Of a stretch of 64,000 nucleotides of DNA, positions 51,797 through 63,012 are shown one piece after another. Numbering within the stretch: position 1 is the stretch's first letter; each line of letters begins with the position of its first letter. Origin of the DNA: Lophium mytilinum (taxonomy: Eukaryota); the NCBI GenBank assembly GCA_010093605.1, contig MU004184.1, forward strand, positions 2,056,801-2,120,800, given 5' to 3'. The notes beneath the pieces are model-generated. The model was not told the origin of the DNA, made no database searches, and saw only the letters and a program-made list of their open reading frames with translations. A program made the position numbers and the translations under genes.

Positions 51797-51931
51797 GTCC
51801 GGCGCCAGGATTCGAACACTGGGTCTTGGGATTCCAGTTGGCATAACTGTCCCTTCGTAAGGGCTTAGCGTGTGGTCGCGAGGGGTTATGACTGCTGCCT
51901 TACCATATTATAGCCACTAAACCACACCGGA
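51797..51931 (-). tRNA. tRNA-like copy B (anticodon GTT) with a 51-nt spliceosomal-type intron plus an 11-nt canonical-position tRNA intron
   Basis: After removing 51903-51853 (GTAAGG..GCTAAG..AAG): TCCGGTG TG GTTT AGTGGCTA TAAT A TGGGA CAGTTA[TGCCAACTGGA]A TCCCA AGAC CCAGTG TTCGAAT CCTGG CGCCGGA C. T5 downstream. Confidence 0.75.
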
Positions 51932-51981
51932 TTTAAGTTTGCTAGGAATAAATCACCACAAGACAGTTAGTTAAAAAAAGT

Positions 51982-52158
51982 GTCCGGCGCCGGGAATCGA
52001 CTGTTTTGTTAGAGAAAGGTACACAGACGGCGGAAGGACTCTTACACTCCGGGTCTCCCTCTTGAAGGGAGCTGCCCGCTGTGTTAGTCTTTGTGCAGCT
52101 ATTGATTGTTGTTGCCTCCGGATGGACTTACGGAATTATGCCACTAAACCACACCGGA
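51982..52158 (-). tRNA. tRNA-like copy A (anticodon TTC, Glu-like) with two spliceosomal-type introns
   Basis: After removing 52131-52072 and 52045-52001: TCCGGTG TG GTTT AGTGGCA TAAT T CCCTC CCTTCAA GAGGG AGAC CCGGAG TTCGATT CCCGG CGCCGGA C (72 nt). T7 tract at 51979-51973. Confidence 0.8.
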
Positions 52159-53249
52159 TTCCGCTGCGTGAAGAATAAATGGATACTTGAGTAGAGATTG
52201 TGCTTACTGGTCTGCTTGTCGGTGGAAGCAGATGATTCAGGATTGTACGTGCAGTACTGAGGCGAAGGGCTATTGATAATGAGCTCGACAGCAGGAGGCG
52301 TTCGTGTGTGGGGACACACGTACCAGGTAATCACACCAAAGAGATTCCAATTCATGTGTAGGTGGAGGTGAGAAGGATACCGTGTCATATAGAAATGTGT
52401 AGACTCTGGCAAGAATCATGAAGGGTTGAGAGCTGAGTTCGAGTTAAGCATCCGGATCACTCAGCGTGCAAAGAACTGGCGATGCTTCGAAGATGCGTGG
52501 CAACGGCTGTCAAGTGACGGATGCAAGGCGGAAAAAGTAAGGATGGTGGACCGTGGCAGTCTGCAGGATGGAAGTGTTCTGATTTGTGAGGGACCAATCT
52601 ACTGCCGGGGGAAACGGAGAACCCCTGCGGCGGTTGGTGAATGTCTCTGCAACTACTCCCATCCGCCATTGGCATTATTGGCAGAGTGACGATTAGTGGC
52701 GTGCGTCGAGACCGTTAAGAGCGACGCAGCCATCACCTCAGAGTAGCCTTTGCCAGCGCCATCGCCTTCGCCTTCTTCTGCCGCTGTTTCGAAATGGAGC
52801 ATCTTTGAAGGCCAGAACGATCGACCTCGGGGTTGATATGTAGAATGGCGGAGGGCAGAGATTGGACGCGGCACAGAGCGGGCGCCTTATCTGTGAAGGA
52901 TGGCATCGCATCCCCACACTGGCCAGGGTCTGTTGGAACGACTCCGACGTCGACCCTCCACGCCCTTTTCTTAGGGCTCCTCCAGCATGCGCCAAGGCAG
53001 TCGTTACGCTACTGCACTTAGAGAGCGTATGTGCAATCCGGTCCTCTTCAGTTGCACCCCGCCGCAACCCTCACCAGCCACCACGACGCCTGCAAGTCTT
53101 CAGCTCGTAGTAACATGCCGTAGTATTTAGCTACGCAGCTACGCGCCTGTGACTCCAAGCCCTACGAACCGCCCTATATCTATCCCGTCCGCCCGAACGT
53201 CGGGATTCCTAGAGGTATGCCGATACTGGACGCCTGGTAGCCTCGCAGA

Positions 53250-55984
53250 ATGCCTCGACCGAAGAAACCCGGCGCTGCTGAGCCCAAAAAGCGTTCGCGC
53301 AATGGCTGCTGGTATAGACCCTGCGCGCGGGACGCTCGCCCCCATTTATAAATTAAGGGACCAGTCTGACGTTGCTTATAGGCCCTGCAAGGCACGGAAG
53401 GTGAAATGGTAAACTTCCCATATTGTATTACCCCGCCCAATATCATAGTAACCCTCTCCCAGTGGCGAGGAGAAGCCGCGCTGTCTCAATTGCGAGCGTC
53501 AGGGCGAAGCTTGCGACTATAGCATCCGTCTCAATTGGAATGGCCGCTCAAAGAAGAGCGCAGACACTTCGGGGTCTGAAACTCCCCAGAGTGGCACCAG
53601 TAGCCCGTATACCTCGACCTTCTCCCAATCCGACATCTTCGCGCCGCCCGCGTATACCCATACCCATACCCCTTCGCCCGTATCTGGGCCACCTCCGCAT
53701 ATCTTCCACCATGCGAGAGGACATTCGAATACATCTGCGCCCAGCCCCGAGGTCTCCATGATTGATCCAGAGTTGATGAGGATCAGTCAGAGCCAGACAC
53801 AACCCATCATGGCTGCGTACGACACGTTGGAGATGCCGAGACGAGGGAACCCGACCTCTGCACCCATTGACAATCGTCTTCAGCAAGTGCAGTATCGAGG
53901 TAACATAGACTACCCGTCACCTACTGCCTCGAGTTTTGATGGCGGGAGTTATGGAGGAGGCTACATGTCTAGCGGGACTATTGACTCGCCCGCTTCTCCT
54001 CCTGCAATGCCACCCCCTGGGCGAAATATGTTCTCGCACGACTCGGCGACTGGTGGGGCTAGGCCTTACCCAGAGATGTCTGAACTGTCTGGACACCAAG
54101 CTAAGCGCCAGAAACGAAGCCATTCTAGGGACTCTCCAAATGTACTCCCCGGGCCTGGAAAGCAGGATAGTAGATGGGAGAAGGGAAGCGGGACTCTGTC
54201 TGTTGCAGACGCATTTTCGCCGAATTCAGGTCCGCTTACCCCTTACAGCCCATTTCAGGGTAATCCTTTGACGCCCGTTTCTTCAGTCGCCTCGGAAGAC
54301 AGCGGCATGCGTAATGGCCCTGGCCCTACTACTAGCCCGTACCCTCCACCGGATCTTCGTCGACTTTCCGTCAACTCTCTGCTCACTGGCCCTCCGGGTG
54401 ATAATCCGTCTGGATGGAATACCGACGTGCATGGCAGACATTATCCAGTTGCCGACTCAAGCACAACTACATATGGATACGATGTTGGAAATCCTGACCT
54501 AGATACTCTGAAGAACGACGATTTGAATGCTATCGCTGTATTCAGTCCTCCTGTTGGTAGTGCCGGGTTTGCAACCGACAGTCAATTCGATTCGCAAACC
54601 GAGAACGGCTTTGGCGACCGATCTAAAGATATCGCGTTCGAAAAAGGGGGATACTATGCAAAACCAGTTCCTATAAAAATCTCGAGATCACTGGAGCCAC
54701 TTCCAAGGCTCTTGCACGACAATCCAATGAACCTCCTATACTTTCATCATTTCCTGAACCACACAGCTAGGATATTAGTCCCGCATGATTGCGAGCAAAA
54801 TCCTTTCAGGAGCATTCTCCCACGTAGTGAGTTAGACTCCTTCAATGAGTAATCCCTAGCTGACCCGAACAGTGGCTGTCCAAAACGAGACCGTTCTCTG
54901 CTTGCTGTTAGCCTTTTCTGCGAGCCATCGCGCGCGTCTCTTAAATCATCCCGAGCCAGCTAATCGAATAGCCGTCTGGGTGCAGGATGTGTTTCCCAAG
55001 CTCCGACAGGATCTAAATAGCAACAACGAAATCTCCAATGCCACACTTACTACAGCCATCATGCTTGCATCTTTGGAGATAATCTCACCAAACACCTTCG
55101 AAGTTCCAATATCCTGGCAGAACCACCTCACCGTCGCTCGCCAAATGATCATTGCTCGTGGAGGGCCAAAGACTGTGCAGCGTAGCGACCCAACAGCCTC
55201 GTTCTTAGGACGTTGGTTTGCGTATCTCGATGTCCTCGGCAGTCTAAGCGGTGGCAAGAACGACCTTCCCCTGGATTCGTCTTACTGGTCCGACGACGAC
55301 TACGATACAGACGAAGACTATCAAATCGACTGCTTGCTTGGATTTACGAGTCGCTGTATTGGTATTCTCGCGAGGATTGCCGAACTTGCAAAGCAGTGTG
55401 AGAAGATCCGTTTTGACGAAGATGGCAACGTCCGAGAAGGGTGGAAGCCTACCCCCGAGATCCTTGAAAAGGCCGACAAGATCAAGGAAGACCTAGCAGA
55501 GGGCCGCGATCACGTGTACAAGGGCTGCAATCATCGAAGCGCGGATAACTCCGAGAGCGAAGCTGGTTGGGACGCTCTGGAGATTTACGCAACGAATGAA
55601 GCTTTCCACTGGGCTGGACTGATCCACCTCTGTCGCAGAGTGTTGGGGAAGCCGGCAACTGATCCAGACGTCCAGAATGCCATACGAGAGATCGTTGGAA
55701 ATCTGTATAAGGTCCGTCGCGGAAGCACGGCTGAAGCGTGTCTCCTGTTCCCGATGTTCACCGCGGGCTGCGATGCCATCGACGCAACCCAGAGGAACAA
55801 GATCATGGAGAGATTGAAGAGCGTGGAGGGATTTGGAATGACTCAGGTATGTTGCGAAGATTACCGTCGCAAAGGGGAATGACTAACGAGGTTCTAGATC
55901 CACAAAGCACGACAACTTATGCAAAAGGTCTGGGACACTGGAAAGCCGTGGGAAACGTTGGTGTATGGAGAGTTTTTGGGTTGA
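53250..55984 (+). CDS. Zn2Cys6 transcription factor with Fungal_trans_2-type C-terminal domain
   Basis: MPRPKKPGAAEPKKRSRNGCW|PCKARKVKC|GEEKPRCLNCERQGEACDY, then YFHHFLNHTARILVPHD, WFAYLDVLGSLS and CLLFPMFTAGC. Confidence 0.92.
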
Positions 55985-56556
55985 TTTTCGGTGTTTTGTT
56001 TGCTTGTCTGATGTGTACATGATTTTCTTTACATGTTGATGATTCCCATATAGATCAGCTTGACGGCAGCCTTTGCGATCGAGCGTGTTCGATGCAGCTG
56101 TTACAAAAATTAGCGCCTCTTATTGTACATTTTGCCTGTCTCAAGTCGGCGGCGAAATTGGAGCTACTTTCTAGCAAACTTACGAGCTTCACACCGCCAG
56201 CCTAATCTGGGAATTTTCTAAATGCCATGAATGCGTGATAGGAACTACGGCGTGGTAAGAAGAGGCTACCACATCAACTCACGTGCCTAACTTTTGCAAG
56301 ACTTAGAGTGATATTTTCTCTCAACACACTGAACATTGCATAAAATTTGATGAACGGTATATAACATGAGACGTAATAACAATCTCTCGTGCCCCCTAAA
56401 ATTACATTTCTTGAATGATGTGAGGTCAGGCCTGTCAGGGATGTCGCGTGCCAAGACTTTAAATCCGCAAGACGTCAGGCCCCAATCCACGGTTCCGTAA
56501 ATCATCCACCACGTCTCCTCCACCACGAACAACCAAACCACACATCTCCACTCACC

Positions 56557-57402
56557 ATGCTCACAACAACAACGCTCCGCTCCACGCGGGTCGTGATCCC
56601 GCGCCTGCAGTCCTCCGCCTTCGGTCCTTGCACCTCAGCTCCATACTCGACGACACCATGCTCCACCTCCTCGAAATCGCAATCCCAGCGCTCAGCACGC
56701 CGTCCAGCCCTCCACAAGCCCTCCATCGTCTTCCCCACCCGCTGCCTCTCCGCGCGCAACGCCTCGACCGCGACCGCCCCGTCCACCTCCCCCTCGTCCC
56801 CGCAGGAGCCCCTCACAGAAACCCTTACCTGGAACCGGTTCCTCCACCTGCGCAAAATCCGCCGTCGCATCTCGCTAGTGTCGTCGATGGTCAGCGCGAT
56901 CGGCTTCACAGGCGTAGGGATCGTCACGCTGACAGAGCGCGATCTCGATTCGTGGGGCGCGGCGGCGCTGGGCGCAGATCCGATGATTGTGCTAGGGTTG
57001 GGGACGGTGGGGTTCGCGGGGGTGGGGTGGTTGCTGGGGCCGTTCTTTGGGAATGCGGTGTTCAATGCTTGGTATAGGAGCGTGAGGGGGCAGATGGAGG
57101 TTGTGAGTCTAACCCCGTTTTTTTTATGTCCCAGGCCTGAGGCCGTGTTGTATGATATGGCTTTGGGACTGGGAAGCGCATCTGGAGAGGAGTCAAATGC
57201 TAATATGTTTGGTGTGTTATAGAAAGAGCGAGCGTTCTACGCGCGAATCAAAAAACACCGCGTCGACCCCACAGCCTCCTCCCTCTCGAATCCGGTTCCG
57301 GACTACTACGGCGAAAAGATCGGCAGCGTGGCGGGCTACAGGCGGTGGTTGAAGGACCAGCGGGCGTTCAATCTGAAGCGTGGGAGCTTCCCCAAGGAGT
57401 AA
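56557..57402 (+). CDS. PAM17: Presequence translocase-associated motor subunit Pam17
   Basis: LTWNRFLHLRKIRRR and GWLLGPFFG. After the intron (~57103-57222): KERAFYARIKKHRVDP..NPVPDYYGEKIGSVAGYRRWLKDQRAFN. Confidence 0.93.
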
Positions 57403-58448
57403 AGGGAGCGCGTTATATTGGGTGGGATCTTTTGGGACGGTTGGGAGCGGACAACACAGGTGGTGCGAAAGCGAGAATTCCTTCCTCTGTGTATTACTTT
57501 CGGTTTTGGGCGCATCGATTTTGTACGCTTGGAACTTCACCTTAGCTCCCAACTCGATATATAGGCGGAGTACGGATTGAGGGAATTGCATTGGAAAAAG
57601 TTCTTGAAACCAACTCTAATGCGATCTTGAGAGTGGACGGATGTTAATCACGGTCCTCCCTTGAAATCTGGAGTCTGTAAATTGACTACCTTTGACCTGC
57701 GAGGCGATCCCCGCTACGTTGTGCGAGCTAGAAAAACTGCAGCCTGATATATGGTGTGGTAAACTTCCATTTTCCTCCAGAATTTCTACGTCCACTCGAA
57801 GCTCCTCAGACAGCGTCAAACAACTGCAAAAAGGAGCTCAAACCTCAGTGTAAATCACAACGTCAAACTCATACTATCACGTTCTAATTTGCATACATTG
57901 AAGCACCTAAGCCAGTGTGTAAAGAGGTGTCAATAGCGCGAAGTCTTGGCACACGTGTTTTCGTAAATAGGGTGTGAATGATTAGTCGCGTCAACTACCC
58001 GCTGGTGGCGTTCCGATTCCCGTTCGATACGGATCACTAAGATCATGGCGGCCTCAGTTCTCAAGATGGATTAGGCTGTTGTCCCTTTAATGATTAACCC
58101 CAATCCCATCTCCTCCACAGGCATCTGATGTCACGTTTCCTGTATAAAGCATCGTCAACGTGATGACTCAGAGGTCTGGTTCTCCGGAGCACGATGAGAT
58201 TCGAGACGAGGCATGTAGGAGGATGAGAGCCTATGAATGAGTAGTCTGTGTAACGCGGGCGTTCGACTATTGGGAGAATGAAACTAGAATGTGATATGTC
58301 GAATACTGAAGGAGAACAAATGATGAATAGGTGTGCCTATTGGATATATATACCACTGCCTTTCGCTCCTAATAGCTTCGCTTCTGTCTCTCATCCCACT
58401 ATCCATAATCGCTGTAAGAAGTTTGGAGATACATTCACACCACCCATC

Positions 58449-58886
58449 ATGACAACTTCCAATGATTCTCTGCAACCTCTCGCGACAACCCTCCCTCCGC
58501 TCATCATAGCTCTATCTTCCCACCCCGCTTTCCCCGCCCAGTACCTCTCCACATCTGGGAAAGCTTATTATGTGTGGAACTTCGTGATACGCACGAAGGC
58601 GCTCCTCGAATCCTTACTCAACGGAACTACACCTCCCGACACAGGACGGGTGACCCGCCACATTACCGCAAACATGGCACCGGGGGGCATGACTGCGGAG
58701 CAGAAAGACAAGGTCAGAAAGGACGTTGTGATCAGATGTGGGTTGATTAACTGGATCATCCAAGATGCGACTGGAGCGGGCGGTGAGATGGGTCCTGATG
58801 TGGACTTGGGGGATGAGGTGAAGAGGGCGAGTGAGGCAGTTGTGGGGTGCTGCTATAAGGAGGACGAAGGAGCGCCGAGGAGATGA
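58449..58886 (+). CDS. Small hypothetical protein (~145 aa)
   Basis: Globular-looking ORF (GKAYYVWNFVIRTK..DVVIRCGLI) with no family recognised. Confidence 0.55.
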   Translation: MTTSNDSLQPLATTLPPLIIALSSHPAFPAQYLSTSGKAYYVWNFVIRTKALLESLLNGTTPPDTGRVTRHITANMAPGGMTAEQKDKVRKDVVIRCGLINWIIQDATGAGGEMGPDVDLGDEVKRASEAVVGCCYKEDEGAPRR

Positions 58887-58896
58887 AGACTGGGAT

Positions 58897-60024
58897 TCAA
58901 TCCGCGGGTGGTTTTGTGGGGCCTGATTGGGAGGATAGGGCAGTGATGCTGGATCCTGGGGTGTCGACCCATGTCATTGTTTCCGAGAAACTGAGGGTTT
59001 GGAAGGATGGGTTTTCGGTTGTCAGTCGCATTGCGTTTGGTGGTAGTGGTTGCTCGTCTTCCGTGGTTGACTGGCTTCCGGGTGGTGGGTCGGCAGAATG
59101 AGGGTCTCTGCTCTGCAGATTCTCTGGTTGCTGGTCTTCTTGTTTTGACGTCGTCCCATCGTCTGGAGTTTTTGGAGAGCTAGGATCCTTATTCTTCGCA
59201 TTCTCCACGTGCTGTTTCTTCCAAGTTGACTCTATTCGGTCAGGTTGAGGTGACTTAGAGGGAAGTTTCGTTGGTTTCCCAGCAGCCTCCAATTTCTTGT
59301 CAACGTCTTCGAGTTTGGCGAGAATGAAGGTAACACTGGCATCTCTCGCCTTGTTTATTCGATCCAATGCTGGCTTCTCCATAGTGTCGTAGTCTGGAGT
59401 TTTACTTGGAGTAGGCGGAACTGGGTCCGTGTCAGCCAGAAAAGCCGTCTTGTCCGCCAGTAATTGTCTCATGGTAGCGATATTCTGATCTCTGGCCCGC
59501 AGGCGGTTCCGGAGTCTGTGTAGAGCGGCCTCCTCTTCTACCTTCTTTCTCTTTCGAGCCTCAGATTGCTTGCCCTCCTCTACCGCATCCAGAAATTTCT
59601 GCACGGCCTGTTTTGCGACGGTCTCCATATGCGTAAACCGAACCGGTCCGATGTTCCCCCCTTTCATCCACCGCGCAACAACCACACTACCTTCTACCTC
59701 CAAATCGTTAAGTACTTTCTCAAGGCGCTTTCCAGCCCACTGCTCTCCATCGTCGTCATGCCCCGTTTCCATGATTGGGGGAGCATTGGGAACAATAGAT
59801 CGCTGTCGCGAGGGCTTCCGCCATGCTGCGATTTTATGATTCGCATAGTCAGCGACTCGGGGGCCCTTGAAGTCTGGTAATTTCTGTAATTGTTTTGCGG
59901 GCACCGAGGCTGAGAAAACGCCGACGAAGGTAGAGCCGCGCTCCTCAACCTCTCCTGAGCGGAAAATGCTAGAGTAAATGTCTTCGAATGGCGGCGACGG
60001 AGCGCGCGTACGCTTGCGAGACAT
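58897..60024 (-). CDS. IMPACT/UPF0029-family protein with coiled-coil C-terminus
   Basis: ERGSTFVG, ANHKIAAWR, HDDDGEQWAGKRL and VVVARWMKGGNIGPVRFTH. Confidence 0.88.
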   Translation of the reverse strand: MSRKRTRAPSPPFEDIYSSIFRSGEVEERGSTFVGVFSASVPAKQLQKLPDFKGPRVADYANHKIAAWRKPSRQRSIVPNAPPIMETGHDDDGEQWAGKRLEKVLNDLEVEGSVVVARWMKGGNIGPVRFTHMETVAKQAVQKFLDAVEEGKQSEARKRKKVEEEAALHRLRNRLRARDQNIATMRQLLADKTAFLADTDPVPPTPSKTPDYDTMEKPALDRINKARDASVTFILAKLEDVDKKLEAAGKPTKLPSKSPQPDRIESTWKKQHVENAKNKDPSSPKTPDDGTTSKQEDQQPENLQSRDPHSADPPPGSQSTTEDEQPLPPNAMRLTTENPSFQTLSFSETMTWVDTPGSSITALSSQSGPTKPPAD

Positions 60025-60790
60025 GTTTGTTCTAGTCAATTTTGTATGGAACCGAGATTGAGAAGAATGGTTGATGTGGGGAGGTTAGAAGAAGTTCGGT
60101 GTTGGTGCCTGCGGGGATAAGGCTCCAGCGCAAGGCTGCGTCACGTGCGGCGATCTGGGGGTTTATCTTCACGCACTGCCTCCTTCGCCCCCACGGTTCA
60201 ACCTCGCCCTAAAGAACTCTCCGGCATGGCCTCTCGCTTCTTGTCACGTCACAACGGCGCTTGCCTGTTCAGCCCCAGGGGCAGAGCCGTTGGTCGGTCC
60301 GATGGTTGGCTAGAGAGCGCCACGAGCTGAAGAGAAGCTCCTAGAGGCTGGGCATGCATCTGTCCAACATCAACACAATGGCGGCTAGGAAGCAGTACGG
60401 TGGATTTAGATAAGTTTTCTTCTCACCAGATATCACTCGGCATCGATAAAACATAGCATGCTTCAAGATATTACTCTTCTGGACATCGCTAGCAAGATCC
60501 CGAAGTCGAAGGGAGCCTGGTGGTTGAGATTACCCCAAAGCCACCAAAAGCACTATCCCGTTGTTGTGGCTTCGATCGTATCCCAGATAGTTCCACGCCC
60601 CCTTTCTGCCAGCATCATGGCTCTGCAAGGGCGGGCAAAAGGGCAAAGCTTGTCTTTAGGCGCCTATGCAACAGCTAGGGCCTCTCAGCTGAGTATATAC
60701 CTTATGAGGGGCTTTCCTCTTCTCTCTCTTCTTTCCTACTAGTCACTCTTTACATTATATACCCTCCGTCTTTACCTGCGTGCAGTCGCT

Positions 60791-61916
60791 ATGCGCTCTG
60801 AATACCTGTCGTTCTTTTGCGCGTTTTTGAGTGTTTCGTTCGTTGGGAGAGTTGAAGCTTCATGGTGAGAAAATTGGATTAATCCGATTCGAAGCTGCTT
60901 CTAAATATGTGCTTCTAGCTACTATCCGGACGGAACCTTTCCTACTGACTACATCTATACCGCTTGCACCGGAGACACGTTTTCGTCATGTTGCATAGCG
61001 AGTGAAGGAGATCAATGTCTCTCGAACGGTTCGTCTATCATCGAAAGCGTCGCTTCCACTGAGATGTCTTCTAATGGTTCATAGGCCTATGCGAGTATCC
61101 AGGCGGCGATTACGTATTCCGAGGAGCATGTACAGACAAGACATGGGAAGCGCCAGAATGCTTCCAGCACTGCAAGACTGGAGGTAGGTAGAGTCGCTTG
61201 CTAGAATTTCCACTCAGCGCTTATCATCTCCAGACTCGAGCGATACATATGATACCTTGGTGTCTTGCGGTGGCACTAAGTATTGCTGTAACAGCGATGG
61301 TAGCACATGCTGTAATGACGACAGCAAAGTCTTCGACGTCGGCGTCGCTTCCGTCATCAACGACCTAGCCAGCTCAACCTCTGCAGATTTAATCGCAACA
61401 CAAACGGACGGGCCGGCCGCTACACCAACAGACGCCGGCGTTGGTGCGCCCAGCACATCTTCCCACGCCCTCTCCCACAGCGTCACAAAGTCATCGCCCT
61501 CTGCATCAACGGGGACCGCCGCCGCTGCCAGTAGTACCTCCACTCCCACACCCCAACCAGCTCACTCAAGCCACGTCGCCATATACGCGGCCATCGCCGC
61601 GGGAGTGGTGATTCTCGTGGTGGCCATATTCCTCGTCTGGTTTTTCCTACGGCGACACTATAGGAAGAAGGCAGGCGCTACGACGGCGAACTCAATCTCA
61701 TACCCGCTCACCAACGCTGGGTTTGAGCGCCTCCCTGACAAGAGTCCAAGGCCGGTTGACGTACCAGCTCCGCGTACGCCGGCACCGCCTTATCAGCCTC
61801 CTTTGTATCAGCCGCAGTACCAACAACCGACAATTCAAGGGGCGATGGAGCTGGATTCGCCATATAATCCGCCAAGGAATAATAGCTATGGGAAGCCGGT
61901 TTATGAGGCGCCGTAG
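60791..61916 (+). CDS. Single-pass surface protein: signal peptide, Cys-rich domain, Ser/Thr stalk, TM, PPxY tail
   Basis: Spliced CYYPDG..SSCC..DQCLSNG|LC..FRGACTDKTW..CFQHC. TM AIYAAIAAGVVILVVAIFLVWFFL followed by RRHYRKK. Three introns. Confidence 0.8.
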
Positions 61917-62261
61917 GTGCAACGTGGAGACATTGGGTGGCTCTGATGAGATGATGGACGTAGTTCTATCTAGGGAACCGCGAATTAAATGTGCGGTGTG
62001 CTGGTGATGTTTTGGTGACGGAGTAGGTACATGGCGTCTCTTGCGTTCGGTGATAGATTTGCAGGAGAAGGGCGTTTGCATGTCTTCTACGTCATTTCAT
62101 GAGACTCCGCGTTTGAGTAGGTTATCATGATCAATTCCTAGTCACTTAAAAAGAGATTCTATTTGGCTTTCACTCTCTCTGAAGACACATCGCGTGGTTA
62201 AGCGACTTATCTCCTATGCCCATTTCGCATGCTCACATCCCAAGATCCAAAAAAAGAAAAA

Positions 62262-62428
62262 GTCCGCTCCACGATTTGATCCAGGGAGCAATACACCACC
62301 CTCCCGAAGGAGGGTATAGCCACCAAATTCTTGGTTTCTGAGATAAAGCAACTGAACCATCAGCGAAATGACGATGGTATTGCCGACGGTGGTGGTCCGG
62401 GCAAAGTCCGATTCAGAGCTTGATTGGT
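62262..62428 (-). ncRNA. Candidate structured small ncRNA (Pol III-like), family not recognised
   Basis: Upstream TATAAATA (62464-62457), several stems including ACCCTCC-TTCG-GGAGGGT, and a T5-C-T7 tract directly downstream (62261-62249). Confidence 0.5.
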
Positions 62429-63012
62429 TTATTGAAATATGCTAAGGAATAATAGGTATTTATACTTGACTTGGGGATTGGGGTGCATAAGTTATATTAT
62501 GCTGGGGATATTTATGTTGAGTGCGAGCGACGGGAATCGTTCCACATCAACCTCTCACGGCTTCACGCCTTGACGACTCTGATATCAGAGCTCCATCACT
62601 ACTTCACAACCCTTACTCTCTTCTCAGATCTGCACTACGACGTCGGTGATGGGGCAAGGTTGCGATCTTGCGCATAATCCGCGCATATAGAGTTAGAAAC
62701 CGCCCGTCGCGTTCATCTTTGGTTACGTATATCCTTCTTCTGCATCTAGTCAGCATAGATTTTTGGGGCGTCGTTGGAGGCAAACCTTGCAAGAGGAGGA
62801 GAGTCAACGTGTATCATGACACACCCTCTCCCAGGCTCGTACGGGTGAATTGGGCATTCATCTCGTACGTGGCATCGAGACAACGGACTCTCTCCACACC
62901 GCAGTCGCACTTACAACAACACCGCACCACCTATACAGCGGCCATACGACACACCATATATCACTATAAGGTCCACAACCCCCTCCATTTCATAAAATTC
63001 GACCCTTCCAAA

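Noticed and set aside
52055..52071. Reading copy A as tRNA-Leu(CAA) via the hairpin CTCCC-TTCAAGA-GGGAG
   Set aside because: This register gives wrong D-arm and variable-loop spacing and no long Leu variable arm. The CCCTC/GAGGG register matches copy B exactly.
52128..52412. 94-aa minus-strand ORF as a protein gene
   Set aside because: No recognisable features. It spans two intron-like segments and ends inside the tRNA-like gene.
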